64,000 nucleotides of DNA from Octopus vulgaris (lineage: Eukaryota): contig OX597824.1 of the NCBI GenBank assembly GCA_951406725.2, forward strand, positions 68,696,001-68,760,000. Direction: 5' to 3'. The translations under genes were made by a program, and so were the position numbers. Below the pieces are notes generated by a model, which saw only the letters and a program-made list of their open reading frames with translations, did not search any database and was not told the origin of the DNA. Shown here piece by piece: positions 12,896 through 25,550 of this stretch (position 1 is its first letter; each line of letters begins with the position of its first letter).

Positions 12896-13065
12896 TGGGA
12901 GAAAGTGAGTGAGCGAAATAGATGCAAAGATAAATATACAGATAGGTTGGTGGATAGGTAGATACATAATTAGTTATGAAGGAAGGTAGGTAGGCAAATA
13001 GATACACAGATATATATATAAGATAAAACTTAATATATATATATATGTATATATGTGTGTGTGTG

Positions 13066-13886
13066 TGCGGTGAATAAACTGTCGCCTAAATCACAGAAAA
13101 ATCTCTTGAAATTCTAAAGAATAAATTTATTCAATAAAATCGCCATTGGCTTCAATCACGGTCTCCAGATGACTTCGGAAACTCCTGCAACTCTTCTGGA
13201 CGGTCTTCTTGTTTAAGTTGGTGAATGCTGCCATAATCCTTGCCTTCAGTTTATCTTTGGCGTTAGAAGGAGTTTTCTTAGTATCTCGCTCAACTGTGCC
13301 CCCCACACATAATAATCGAGGGGCTAGCAGTCTGAGGTGTCAGGTGACCAGATGTTAGGGGTGATGTGGTCGCAGAAATTGCTTGACTGCCATAACTGGA
13401 TTCTCCTGCTTGTGTGGCATGGGACAGTGTCCTAATTGCCAGACATAGGTCTTCCTGCAGTGACCCTCTTGATACAGGGCAGCACTACCTCTTCCTGGCA
13501 CGTGATGTAAACATCCCTGTTGAGTTTGAGGTCGTGTAGGAAGATGAATAGAGGCATAACGTCGCCATCATTAGTAATCACTCCAAACGCCATGGTATTG
13601 ATTTTCATCACTCGCGGTTCTCAAGATGTTCTCAAGATGCACTGTCCTCAAATTGAAAACCAAGCACTCTAAAACCAAACACTCTAAAATTGGTGCTTCC
13701 AGCACGAATGCCAAGCAGCACAGCATGTCGTTTCCAAATTTCTGGTGGAGTGAATTGCGTCATGGTACTGTTTTTCTCACAGACGGTGCCCAGGTGACCC
13801 TACAATTCTGTGTAGTCGACAAAATCAGAAAAACACAATGTGCATGCACGAAATTAAAACTATAAAATAGCGACAATTTACCCACC

Positions 13887-13889
<3 letters not shown>
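13066..13889 (-). mobile_element. Internally deleted Tc1/mariner-superfamily transposon (maT/DD37D-like)
   Basis: TIRs TGCGGTGAATAAACTGTCGC / GCGACAATTTACCCACCGCA; minus-strand remnants FGVITNDGDVMPLFIF, PNIWSPDTSDC*PLDYYVWGAVE, FRSHLETVIEANGDFIE*. Confidence 0.85.
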
Positions 13890-13985
<96 letters not shown>

Positions 13986-14926
13986 CGTCAAATAGTCTGA
14001 TAGATATACAAAGTAGACAGTCATCCAGTGGGAGAAAATGGGAATGAGAGAGAAAGTGAGGAAAAGAGAGAGTGGCAGGGACAGACAGAGACAGACAGAC
14101 AGACAACCTAAAAGCGAGACAGACTGTCAGTCAAACAGACAGGTACATAGATCAATGCTGATACATATTGGAGCACGGGTAGATCGAAGTTAGTCGATAT
14201 AGTACACAAAAACAACATAGGAAACATACACACAAAAAATAAAGAGACAAAGAAGAGAGTGACAAGGAGAGGAAGAGATAATGAGAGAGAGTGATTGAGA
14301 GTGAGAGAGAATAAGAAAGAAAGAAAGACAGAAAGACAGAAAGAGAGAGGGGGGAGAAACGAATTCCCCGAAGTGGTTCTGCGATCGATAAAAATTAATT
14401 AGAAAATAAATTGATAATTATTTAGCAGTTGATAGCAATAGTGGTGTTATCTTCTTGACAGCATTGGCTATTGATAGCTTAACGGATAATATATACACAC
14501 GGCACATCAGATTCGAGTGATCGGAATGTAGTTTCAGTTACTTCTGTTAATGTTTGGTAAACAGCACTGCCTGTATCTTCTGCCTGTTGGTAAACATTGG
14601 ACGTTAATTGCCTTGCTGCTACACAAACAATGCAGTAGTTTTGTCATCTTCTGTTACTTTTGTACTAGTTTCAGCCATTGGGCTGTGGCCAAATCGAGAA
14701 AGCGCCGGCATTGTTAATATTGTTATTATGTATTTTTTTTCCTGATTTTATTATTATTTTTTTTCTCCTCTGATACAAAGATAAAAAATGTATAAAATTG
14801 ATGTAAAAATCATTGCAGCAGTTTGGTTTTATATATCTTTATCTTCGTTCTTCGTCCTCGTAAGCTGGTGGTCACTGCAGCAGTGAGGTTTATGTTGTGA
14901 AATATAAAGCGCTGGTGATGAACACT

Positions 14927-15203
14927 ATGTATGTATGTATGTATGTATGTATGTATGTATGTATGTATGTATGTATGTATGTATGTAGGAATGTATATGT
15001 ATGTATGTATATATGTATGTATGTATTTGCGTGTGCATGTATGTATGTATATATGTATGTATATATATGTATGTATGTGTGTATGTATGTATGTATGTAT
15101 GTATGTATGTAGGAATATATATGTATGTATGTATGTATGTATGTTTGTATGTATGTATGTATGTATGTATGTATCTATGTATGCATGTATGTATGTAGGA
15201 ATG

Positions 15204-15235
<32 letters not shown>

Positions 15236-15569
15236 TGTATGTATGTACGTATGTATATATGTAGGAATGTATGTATGTATGTATGTATGTATGTATGTAT
15301 GTATGTATGTATGTATGTATGTATGTATGTAGGAATGTATATATATATGTATGTATATATGTATGTATGTATGTATTTATGTATGTATATATGTATGTAT
15401 GTATGTATTTATGTATGTATGTATATATGTATGTATGTATGAATGTATGTATGTATATATGTATGTAGGAATGTATATATATATGTATGTATATTTGTAT
15501 GTATGTATGTATGTATGTATGTATGTATGTATGTATGTACGTATGTATGTGTGTGTATGTATGCGTGTA

Positions 15570-15600
<31 letters not shown>

Positions 15601-15640
15601 ATGTAATGTATGTATTATGCGTGTATGCATGTTTGTATGT
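14927..15640. repeat. (TATG)n microsatellite with recurrent TAGGAAT interruptions
   Basis: ~700-bp tract; TAGGAAT at about 14986, 15110, 15196, 15262, 15330, 15466. Confidence 0.95.
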
Positions 15641-15645
15641 TTTAT

Positions 15646-16090
15646 CTTTTACTTGTTTCAATCATTCGACCGCGGCCATACTGGGGCACCGCTTTCAAGG
15701 ATCTTACTCGAACGAATCGATCCCAGGACTTTCTTAAAGCGTAGTACTAATTCTATCGATCTCTTTTGCCGAATCACTGCTTACGAGGACGTAAACCTAC
15801 AAACGCCGGTTGTCAAGCGGTGGTAGGGGAAAGCACAAAAGAAACACGCATACACGTAGATACATACATACATACATACATGCTTACACACACACACACA
15901 CATACACATACACACACAAACATATATATATATACGAAGGGCTTCTTTTAGTTTCCTACTACCAAATTCACTTAAGGCTTTGGTTGGCCGAAAGCTATAG
16001 TAGAAGACACTTGCACAAGGTGCCACGCAGTGGGATTGAACCCAGAACCATGCGGTTGGGAAGCAAGCTTTTTCGCAGACAACCACGGTG
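15646..16090 (-). mobile_element. SINE family A, diverged full length
   Basis: Tail, right arm, internal microsatellite and head blocks colinear with other family A copies. Confidence 0.85.
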
Positions 16091-16114
16091 TTTATACAAA
16101 TATATACATATATA

Positions 16115-16320
16115 CGAGGTGCTAAAAAGTTCCTGGCTTTAAGGGTCTCGCCTAAGGCCTGGCTGGAGGCCCAAACTTCTTTTACAGGGCTTAGAAAAAC
16201 TGAAGGACCGGTGCAATAAGTGTGTGAGTCTGAGAGAGGAATATTTTGAATAAAATCATAATTCACTGATCCTCCTTTATTTTCTTTTACCCCAAGCCAG
16301 GAACTTATCAGCACTTCTCG
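16115..16320 (+). mobile_element. Mariner-derived MITE
   Basis: TA|CGAGGTGCTAAAAAGTTCCTGGCTT ... AAGCCAGGAACTTATCAGCACTTCTCG|TA; internal GLEKLKDRCNKCVSLREEYFE* resembles a mariner transposase C-terminus. Confidence 0.85.
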
Positions 16321-16324
16321 TATA

Positions 16325-16368
<44 letters not shown>

Positions 16369-17023
16369 GCTTAAATACATATATATATGCTTGTGCGTAT
16401 GTATGTATGTATGTATACATGTATTATATATGTATGTATGTATGTATGACGGTTCAGCAAAAGTGACCGACAGAATCTGGTACCAAGCTTGAAATAGATA
16501 AGTAAATAAACAAATAGTGGGGTTTATTCATTCGACTAAATGTTTTTCGAGGTACCCCAGCAAGTAAAAGAAAAAAAATTAAAGATAAACGAGCAAAAAC
16601 GTCAACATTAGAGTTTCTCTCATGAAATCTACCGCAGTATAGTTTGTTCTATTAGTACATCTATGTTCAAGTGGGTATACATGTTACCTCTCGGTACTAA
16701 TACTGTCTCTGTTCCTTAAATTTATGTTTTACTAAGATCGCTGGCTAATCGCGACACCGATGCTTTTTCTCTCGCTGTTTTTTCTATACATCACTAGTAG
16801 GGAGATGAGTCATTGCTATCTCTAGTGGTGGAGCGTTCACCATTGATAAGACCAACGAAGGTCAAAATCACGAGATCTGATGGTCTCGGCCCTGGACTTG
16901 GCGGGAAATTTTCCTCCTGCTTGCAAAAAGCCAATATGAGAGTCTCTCTCATGGCATCTATTGCAGTATAGTTGCTTTAAGTGAGGATAAATTTTACCTC
17001 TCCGTATCTTCTGTTGCTAATTA

Positions 17024-17503
17024 CCGTAGGTCCTCGAGCATAATCCGCATTTTTTCCCCAAAATTTAAAGGTCAAAATCCCTCGTGCGTATTATACACGA
17101 GGTTAAAAATGAAAATTATTTTCTAAGCAATGTTCAAGTCTCTATTTGCTGTCCGGCAATGTTTATTAAGACGCATTTTGTGATGTCGGGCACGAAAATA
17201 CCTTAAATCATCCATAACTTGCAGTAAGCAACATTTATTAAACGTTATTACAGTTATTTCTTTATTTTCTGCAAACAAAATGCACAAAAATGCTACAGGT
17301 TTGCATTATGTTATATATACAATAATAATAAAGGACGCTACCGTATACATTTTTACAAACCAAGTACGCTATATAGACCTCCTTGACTCAAGTTAGAGAA
17401 GGGGTGCGTATTATACACAAGGTTTAGGTTTTTCAGAGGTACAACCCCCTAAAAATCCCTTGCGTATTATACTCAAGTGCGGGCTATACTCGAGGATTTA
17501 CGG
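17024..17503. mobile_element. Tc2/pogo-type MITE
   Basis: TA|CCGTAGGTCCTCGAGCATAATCCGCA ... TGCGGGCTATACTCGAGGATTTACGG|TA; subterminal repeats TGCGTATTATAC at ~17085, 17405, 17461. Confidence 0.85.
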
Positions 17504-18453
17504 TATATTTTTTTAAAGAAGCAAAAGTAGGAACGTTGACTACTGCATAACCTTACTAGTGACAAGTTGCGCCAGAAAGACCTATGAGAGGTTGTTCTTC
17601 CGCACCCTGTATTAAAAATGAAAGACCAGCTGAACACGCGAGGGTTACATACAGGATATGAGGAGGAATACAATATGTCCAAAAAGCCGAACTGCCCAGT
17701 ATGTAATTCATTACATGCCGGATGGAGTAGTTTGGTCCTCCTTCATCTTGATAGAGACATGATGTCAATGAGAAAGTAAATGTTTGGTCGACAAACTGGT
17801 GGACTAGGAGGTCTGACCCTGGGTTATACAACACCAGTAGCAACAACAAGAGTAATAATAACAACAACACCATCACGACCAACAAAATATCACAAAACCT
17901 TCGACTACTAACACCACATTTCTACAATAATTATCACTACCACCAGTATAAACTCCACCACCATCACCGTCACCGCCACTAACAACAATAGCACCACCAC
18001 CACCACCACCACCACCACTGCCACCACTACCCCACGTCCGCTACCACTAACTCTACCATCCCCAAGAACAATAACAACGTTTCAACTACTACCCTTCACC
18101 ATCACCATCCCCACCAACACCTTCACCTCCACCTCCACCTCCACCTCTAACCACCCTCCCAAGTCGCACACCATATCTCTGTATATCAATAAGGGCTCCC
18201 AGGGATGATTTTTAATATCTTTAATTGCCTTGCCTGACAAACCTAAGGAACGATAAATGAAGGAACACACACACACACACACACATATTACAATTTGCTG
18301 CTAATATGTGTGTATTTACGCATGTATACAAGCATATTATATATATATATATATATATACCACATCACGTATACATATACAAATATAATACATGAATATA
18401 TGCATCTGTATATATTTGTGTGCAAATGTGCAAGTAAATATATGTATATAGTG

Positions 18454-18540
<87 letters not shown>

Positions 18541-18675
18541 ATGTGAGTGTGTGTATACATATATATGTATATATATATATACATGTATGTAAGTATACAT
18601 AAACATATAGATACAAATATATATATATATATGTATGCATCCATCCATCCATTCATCCATCCATCCATCCATCCA

Positions 18676-18966
18676 TGGCTTTTCTTTCCACGGGTAAACC
18701 TCACCTGTCCTCCCCTTTACACTTCATATTGACATTTCTGTGATAACGATCCCTATTGATCAATTTTTTTTTTTTTTTTTCCTCTCCCCCTTTTTTTTTA
18801 ACCCCCCTTTTTTTTGTCCTCTTTCTCTCCTTTTACGATCCCTTTTGATCGAAACTCCCCCTTCCTTTTTTTTTTTTTTTTTTTTTTTTAAACCTTCAAA
18901 AGAAAAGCTCTACCTTGTAATTTGTTCTATCTGTGTGCAGCCCTGTGTGGCTAATAAAGAAACATA
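18676..18966 (+). mobile_element. Probable LINE 3' UTR fragment ending AATAAAGAAAC
   Basis: Pyrimidine-rich segment inserted in tetranucleotide repeats, ending CTTGTAATTTGTTCTATCTGTGTGCAGCCCTGTGTGGCTAATAAAGAAAC, similar to the SINE B tail at 19232-19283. Parent clade not determined. Confidence 0.5.
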
Positions 18967-19050
18967 TCTATCTATCTAATCTGTCTGTCTGTCTGTTTTT
19001 CTGTCTGTCTGTCTGTCTATTTAGCTGTCTGTCTGTCTACCTACATGTCT

Positions 19051-19279
19051 CGGTGAGCTGGCAGAAACGTTAGCACGCCGGTCGAAATGCGTAGCCGTAT
19101 TTCGTCTGCCCTTACATTCGGGGTTCAAATTCCGCCGAGGTCGACTTTGCCTTTCATCCTTTCGAGGTCGATAAATAAAGTACCAGTTACGCACTGGGGT
19201 CGATGTAATCGACTTAATTCATTTGTCTGTCCTTGTTTGTCCCCTCTATGTTTAGCCCCTTGTGGGTAATAAAGAAACA

Positions 19280-19283
<4 letters not shown>
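19051..19283 (+). mobile_element. SINE family B monomer with tail type 2
   Basis: tRNA-like A/B boxes, GTCGACTTTGCCTTTCATCCTTTCGAGGTCGATAAATAAAGTACCAG core, tail TTTAGCCCCTTGTGGGTAATAAAGAAAC, followed by (TCTA)n. Confidence 0.9.
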
Positions 19284-19352
<69 letters not shown>

Positions 19353-19359
19353 CTTTGTT

Positions 19360-19393
<34 letters not shown>

Positions 19394-19395
19394 TA

Positions 19396-19457
<62 letters not shown>

Positions 19458-19458
19458 C

Positions 19459-19534
<76 letters not shown>

Positions 19535-19911
19535 ACATGTTTGCATATCTACATAAACACACACGCATAGAAATACATACAAACACGCGCGCACACACAC
19601 TCATACACACACATACACACACAAAAGCATGCGCGCACACACACTCACACACACACATACACACATAAAAGCATGCACACATGCGCGCACTCACACATAC
19701 ACACACAAGTCACATAATATTCACATTTGTATTGACACCTTCAGAATGGTACGCATAAAATAAATACAGATACATATTACTACGTATATTGACACACACA
19801 CACACATGCACACACTCGTGTGTAACATACTATTCATACACAAAACTAAACACAAATAGTTACATACACATATATCCCCAAAAACCATTCACAACCACTC
19901 ACACGTATCCA

Positions 19912-20246
19912 TACTACTACTACCACGACCACCACGACCACCACCACCACCACCACCACCACCACCACGACCACCACCACGACCACCACCACGACCACCA
20001 CCACGACCACCACCACGACCACCACCACGACCACCACCACGACCACCACCACAACCACCACCACGACCACCACCACGACCACGACCACCAACACCACCGC
20101 CACCACCACCACAACCACCACCACCACCACAACCACCACCACCACCACCACCACCACCACCACCACCACCACCACCACCACCGCCGCCGCCGCCGCCGCT
20201 ATTACTACTACTACTACTACTACTACTAACTCCACTACTACCACTA
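19912..20246. repeat. Compound (ACC/ACG)n-(GCC)n-(ACT)n trinucleotide tract
   Basis: Direct reading; includes a 12-bp higher-order unit GACCACCACCAC. Confidence 0.95.
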
Positions 20247-20345
20247 CTCTTTCTATAGAGCTTATAGCTCTATTTCTCTCTTTCCCATACACAGAAAACA
20301 GTAAGTTGTACAAAGATAAATGAGAAAAGGTAAACAAACTGGAAG

Positions 20346-20404
<59 letters not shown>

Positions 20405-21329
20405 GTGAAAGAGAGAGAGGGGGTGAAGGGGAGAGAGAGAAGGCAGACAGAAAAAGTATAGAGACGGGGGGGGACGACATATGTGAGAGGGAGTGAGAGG
20501 CGGAGGATGGGGAGGGGAGGGATGGTGAGAGGGAGGGAGAAAGAAGTGGAGAGAAAAGAGAGAAAGAAGGGAATATAAGAGAGAATGAAATGTTGAAAGA
20601 GAGAGAGAGAGAGAGGGAGTGAGAGAAGTATAGAGAATGAAAAGTGAGAGGATGATGAGGGTCGAAAAAGAGGGAATGAAAGAATGTAATAAATGGAAAA
20701 AGAAAGAAAAAAGAAAGGAAGAAAGAAAGAAAGGAAAAGAGAAAGCAATAAAGAAAAAGAAAAAAAGGAAATGTTTTTCTCCACCTCTTCTTAATATCTT
20801 CATGTTGACAAACCTGAATGTAATTTTGGTCTCGTTACCACGTGACCGTGACGGTTATCACCGACCCATGTCAACTCCCGACTTCACCTCATGCCCTATC
20901 TCGTATAATTTACTTCCCCTAAAGAGATCGCACTGTTGTTGCTGTTGTTGTTGTTGTTGTTGTTGCTGCTGCTGCTGTTGTTATTGCTGTTTAGCCCCAA
21001 GCCGGCCCTGATGGAGCAGATCTATGGTGAAAGTTATTCCAGCTGTGACCACCACGTCTTTCTCCTATATGTCCAAATCCGTCGTGCGGTGTAATAATGT
21101 TATCTAATACCGTGGGTAGCAAACCCTACTTTAAAGTAGCAAACCCTGCTCTAAAGCAATTTTTCGGGGCAGGTCTCTAGCTTGAGGTTACTTCCCTGTA
21201 CCTTACTTGATTCGAGGACCCTCTAAAAGATCACGGATACTGCCTCTCCGATCTACCTAGAAGATAATTTTAAGAAAAGAGGACAGACGTGTCGTCTTTT
21301 AAGACAGTAGGGTGTAATTTAAGGTAGAT

Positions 21330-21653
21330 ATATAAGCCCTAAAATTCACTCCACAATGGTCCACGGGCATATACCGTAGTGGTTAAGAGCGTGGATTACT
21401 AACCCCAAGATTCCGAGTTCGATTCCAGGTAATGACCTGAACAACAACAACAACAATAATAATAATAACAACAACACCAACATCGAAAAATACCTTAGGA
21501 ATGAGATCCCAGGTTCGAAATTTCCCCAAGCACCTCATGAAGGCTGGAGGGAATACCAGCCGAAACATTGTGTTAATAACAAACGAGATGAGGACAAATA
21601 TCCGTCAATTGTAAATAATGTACATAATTCCTCAACTCTTAACTATAGAACTG
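21330..21653 (+). mobile_element. tRNA-headed, hammerhead-bearing non-autonomous retroelement
   Basis: 10-bp TSD TAAGGTAGAT (21320-21329, 21654-21663); tRNA-like region 21365-21437 (A box TACCGTAGTGG, B box GTTCGATTCC); (AAC)n(AAT)n spacer; HHR motif 21529-21574. Confidence 0.75.
21529..21574 (+). ncRNA. Hammerhead ribozyme motif (decayed core)
   Basis: AGCAC-CTCATGA-A-GGCTGG-AGGGAATA-CCAGCC-GAAA-CAT-T-GTGTT: 5-bp stem I, perfect 6-bp stem II, G5>C change, ACAT instead of ACGT. Confidence 0.65.
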
Positions 21654-21878
21654 TAAGGTAGATTTAGTGCTCGTTTTTAGCAAGCTGAGCAATCTTGCTG
21701 CAGTTACTCGTGTTCCCTGCTTAATCCAAAAGAGATAAGGAACTTCAAGTTGGTTGCAGTGTCGGCTACTAATAACAGCTAAATCTCAATCAATCAATGC
21801 CCAACATATGATGAACTGGAAAAGCATTCATTGATGTGGTCTTAGAACCGTTATGAAAAAAAAAATGAGATAGTCATT

Positions 21879-22021
21879 AGGCGTAGGAGTGGCTTACCCA
21901 CCACATGGTTGGGTTCAGTCCCACTGCGTGGCACCTTGGGAAAGTGTCTTCTACTATAGCCTCGGGCCGACCAAAGCCTTGTGAGTGGATTCGGTAGACG
22001 GAAACTGAAATAAGCCCGTCG

Positions 22022-22052
<31 letters not shown>

Positions 22053-22082
22053 TTAAGAAAAGAGGACAGACGTGTCGTCTTT

Positions 22083-22121
<39 letters not shown>

Positions 22122-22646
22122 ATACGCATAAATATAATTTGTTGGACTCTATGCATGCGGGACTCCGGTCAAACATTTTTGTATCTAGTCCTGCAAATTG
22201 TATTTCTATACGACAGACTATGCTGACGAGATTGCAGATTTCCATGTATCCATATGTCTGGATATTAACAATGGAAACTGATCGGTACATAGGTAATCGT
22301 TATTATTTCGTATATTTTCATTTGTCTTGCTTATTTTTAACGCTTTGGTTTGTGCTGAGTTTTTATTTCGGAACACATTCTTCGTGGAAAATAGCGATTT
22401 TGACGTCTATATCTAGCATGATAACCGTCCACTTTTAGTGGTCGGTCCTTTAAATTTTGTATGTAAAAATATTTTAATCTTCAGATTTTTTTAATATGCT
22501 AGGCCACTGGTTTTAATTGATTAATATCAATTTCTACCCTTATTCAATTATATATTTTAGTAGAAGAAATAGCTATAACTCTTTGACTGCTATTTCTAAA
22601 TTCGGTATGTGGTAAGGCAATTCGTTGCCAAACCCTTTATTGCTTA

Positions 22647-22731
<85 letters not shown>

Positions 22732-23000
22732 TGTATGTATGTATGTATGTATGTATGTGTGTGTATATGTTTGTGTGTGTGTGTGTGTTTGTGTGTCTGT
22801 GTTTGTTCCCCCCAATATCGCTTCACAACCGATGCTGGTGTATTTACGTCCCTGTAACTTAGCGGTTCAGCAAAAGAGACCGATAGAATAAGTACTGGGC
22901 TTACAAAGAATAAGTGCTGGGGTCGATTTCTTCGACTAAAGGCAGTGCTCCAGCATGGCCGCAGTCAAATGATAGAAACAAGTAAAAGAGTAAAAGAGAA
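21879..23000 (+). mobile_element. SINE family A split by an insertion in its internal (TA)n
   Basis: Left half 21879-22021, right half ~22790-23000; foreign segment 22117-22648 flanked by (TA)n on both sides. Confidence 0.85.
22218..22292 (+). ncRNA. Type I hammerhead ribozyme motif with long stem II
   Basis: CTATG-CTGACGA-GATTG-(34 nt)-CAATG-GAAA-CTGATCGG-TA-CATAG: perfect stem I, intact core, near-palindrome ACTGATCGGT. Confidence 0.75.
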
Positions 23001-23360
23001 AGAGAGAGCCATGCTTGTACTATCTTTTATATGTCTGTTCGAGAATGTCTTTGAGCTATAGAAGGAACTTCTAGGCAGTTATTCGACGTACTAGAAATGA
23101 CACTAAAATTTCCCTCAAATCATACTGTAAAGTCTCAATGTTTTCATGAACACGTTTCTAACCTGCTATGTATTTCAATTAATTTTCAGTATCGTGGAAA
23201 ATTGCTGGGCAGATAGATCTTTAGTGAAATATCTTTAACGATATAAATATTGCTGTATTATGTCGGTGTTGGGATCATAAACGAGCAGGTCTATGAAACG
23301 ATCACGCATCAATTTGGCTTTCAATGAGGATCTTACAACGGAGAATAAAAGGAAGGTAAG

Positions 23361-23524
23361 AGGCGTAGGAGTGGCTGTGTGGTAAGTAGCTTGCTTACGA
23401 ACCACATAGTTCTGGGTTCAGTCCCACTGCATGGCACCTTGGGCAAGTGTCTTCTACTATAGTCTCGGGCTGACCAAAGCATTGTGAGTGGATTTGGTTG
23501 ACGGAAACTGAAAGAAGCCCGTCG

Positions 23525-23597
<73 letters not shown>

Positions 23598-23812
23598 ATG
23601 TGTGTGTATGTTTGTGTCTGTGTTTGTCCCCCCCAACATCGCTTGACAACCGATGCTGGTGTGTTTACGTCTCCGTAACTTGGCAGTTCGGCAAAAGAGA
23701 CCGATAGAATAAGTACTAGGCTTACAAAGAATAAGTCCTGGGGTCGATTTGTTCGACTAAACGCGGTGCTCCAGCATGACCACAATCAAATGACTGAAAC
23801 AAGTAAAAAGAG
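23361..23812 (+). mobile_element. SINE family A, full length
   Basis: GGCGTAGGAGTGGCTGTGTGGTAAG (A box) ... GGGTTCAGTCCC (B box) ... CCTTGGGCAAGTGTCTTC ... (TA)n(TG)n ... GGTGCTCCAGCATGACCACAATCAAATGACTGAAACAAGTAAAAAG. Confidence 0.92.
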
Positions 23813-24025
23813 AGAGTATGACCATTTTACAAGGTTGAATAGCTTTACAAAAACTGTTCTTCAAAGAACCATGGAAAAGGCATGTACATGTAAATCATTA
23901 GCAGAGAGCCGAGCTCTGGCACAGTCACGTTGAATGGAGAAAATTTGTGCATCATGTCACGATTGTAGTCCCGAAGCCCTTTCAGATATTACGCTGGTGT
24001 TGATCAAATGAAATATTTCTTCCGA

Positions 24026-25000
24026 AGTTTGGACAAGGCCAGCAATTTTGAAGAGGAGGGAAAATCGATTACATCGACCTTAGTATTTCACTGATACATT
24101 ATTTTATCGATTCCTGCACGGATGAAAGGCAAAGTTGACTTTTGCGAGATTTGAACTCGAAACATAAACAGTCGAAAAAAATGCTGTTAAGTCTTCTGTC
24201 CGAGGCGCGAAGGGTTCTGGCAGCTCAACGCTTCAATCATATAAGATATGTTTTCCTTTTCTTTCTTCTATAGGCCCAAGGCCCTGATATTTTGTGAAGG
24301 GGGCTAGTCGATTATCTCGACCCCAGTATAGGATTGTTACTTATTTTATTGACCCCGAAAGGATTTGAACTCAGAACGTAAAGAGTTGGAAGAAATACTG
24401 CTAGTCAATTTGTCCGACACACTAACGGTTCTTATTTCTTTACTGCCCATAATGGGCTACACACAGAGGGGACAAACAAGGACAGACAAACGGATTAAGT
24501 GCGTAACTGGTACTTATTTAATCGACCTCGAAAGGATGAAAGGCAAAGTTGACCTCGGCGGAATTTGAACTCAGAACGTTCAGACAGACGAAATACCTAT
24601 TTCTTTACTACTCACACAGAGAGGACAAACAAGGACAGACAAACGGAATAAGTCGATTACATCGTCCCCAGTGCGTAACTGGTACTTATTTAATCGACCC
24701 CGAAAGGATGAAAGACAAAGTCGATCCCGGCAGACGAAATACTGCTAAGTATTTCGCCCGGCGTGCTAATGGTTCTGCCAGCTCGCCGCCTTAGTCAAAA
24801 TGAAATACTGGTTTCAAATTTTGGTAGAGGGCCAGAAATTTTGGGCAGGGGTAAGTCGATTACATCGACCCCAGTACTTAGCTGGTATTTATTTTATCGA
24901 TCCCGAAAGAATGATAGATAAAGTCGACCGCGGCGGAATTTGAACTCAAGAATGCCGCGAAGCATTTGCCCGGCATGATAACAATTCTACCAGGTCGCAA
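24026..25000 (-). mobile_element. Cluster of SINE family B copies including a partial multimer
   Basis: Copies at ~24026-24232, 24263-24792 (multimeric, junction GAAATACCTATTTC at ~24590) and 24806-25000, all on the minus strand. Confidence 0.88.
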
Positions 25001-25129
25001 CCATAACAATAACAACTACAACAGTATTAGCCAAACAACAAAGAATAACTGTAACAACACCAACAACAACAAAAGCAAAAGGCGTGTTGTAATAAACAAT
25101 AGCAAATGAAACAACAACGATAACGACAG

Positions 25130-25155
25130 TGTTTGTGGTGTGGTGATGATAATGA

Positions 25156-25189
<34 letters not shown>

Positions 25190-25260
25190 GGTTGTGGTGG
25201 TGGTAGATTTAGTGGTAGATTTAGTGGTGGTAGTAGAGGTGATTGGGGTGGTGGTGGTAG

Positions 25261-25300
<40 letters not shown>

Positions 25301-25550
25301 AGTTGTGGTGGTAGAGGTGGTAGGGTTGATGGCGGTGGTAGATTTAGTGGTGGTGGTAGTGGTGATGATGATGATGATGATGGTTGTGGCCGTAGTGGTG
25401 GTGGTGTTGGCGGCAAAGGAGGTGGCGGTAGTAAAATTGGTGGTGGTGGTGGTAGTGGTGGTGATGATGATGATGATGATGATGACGATAACGATGACAT
25501 TGAAGACGATGGCAACAACGTGGATGTCGAGGACGACGACAATTTTGATG
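25130..25550. repeat. Compound (GGT)n/(GAT)n tract
   Basis: Alternating blocks; GGTAGATTTAGTGGT occurs three times. Confidence 0.9.

Noticed and set aside
19789-20229. Poly-His ORF
   Set aside because: Translation of (ACC)n microsatellite.
21365-21437. tRNA gene (also the heads at 36787, 47055, 54183, 55851, 60229)
   Set aside because: A and B boxes are present but cloverleaf stems are broken and each continues into a repeat body; these are SINE heads.
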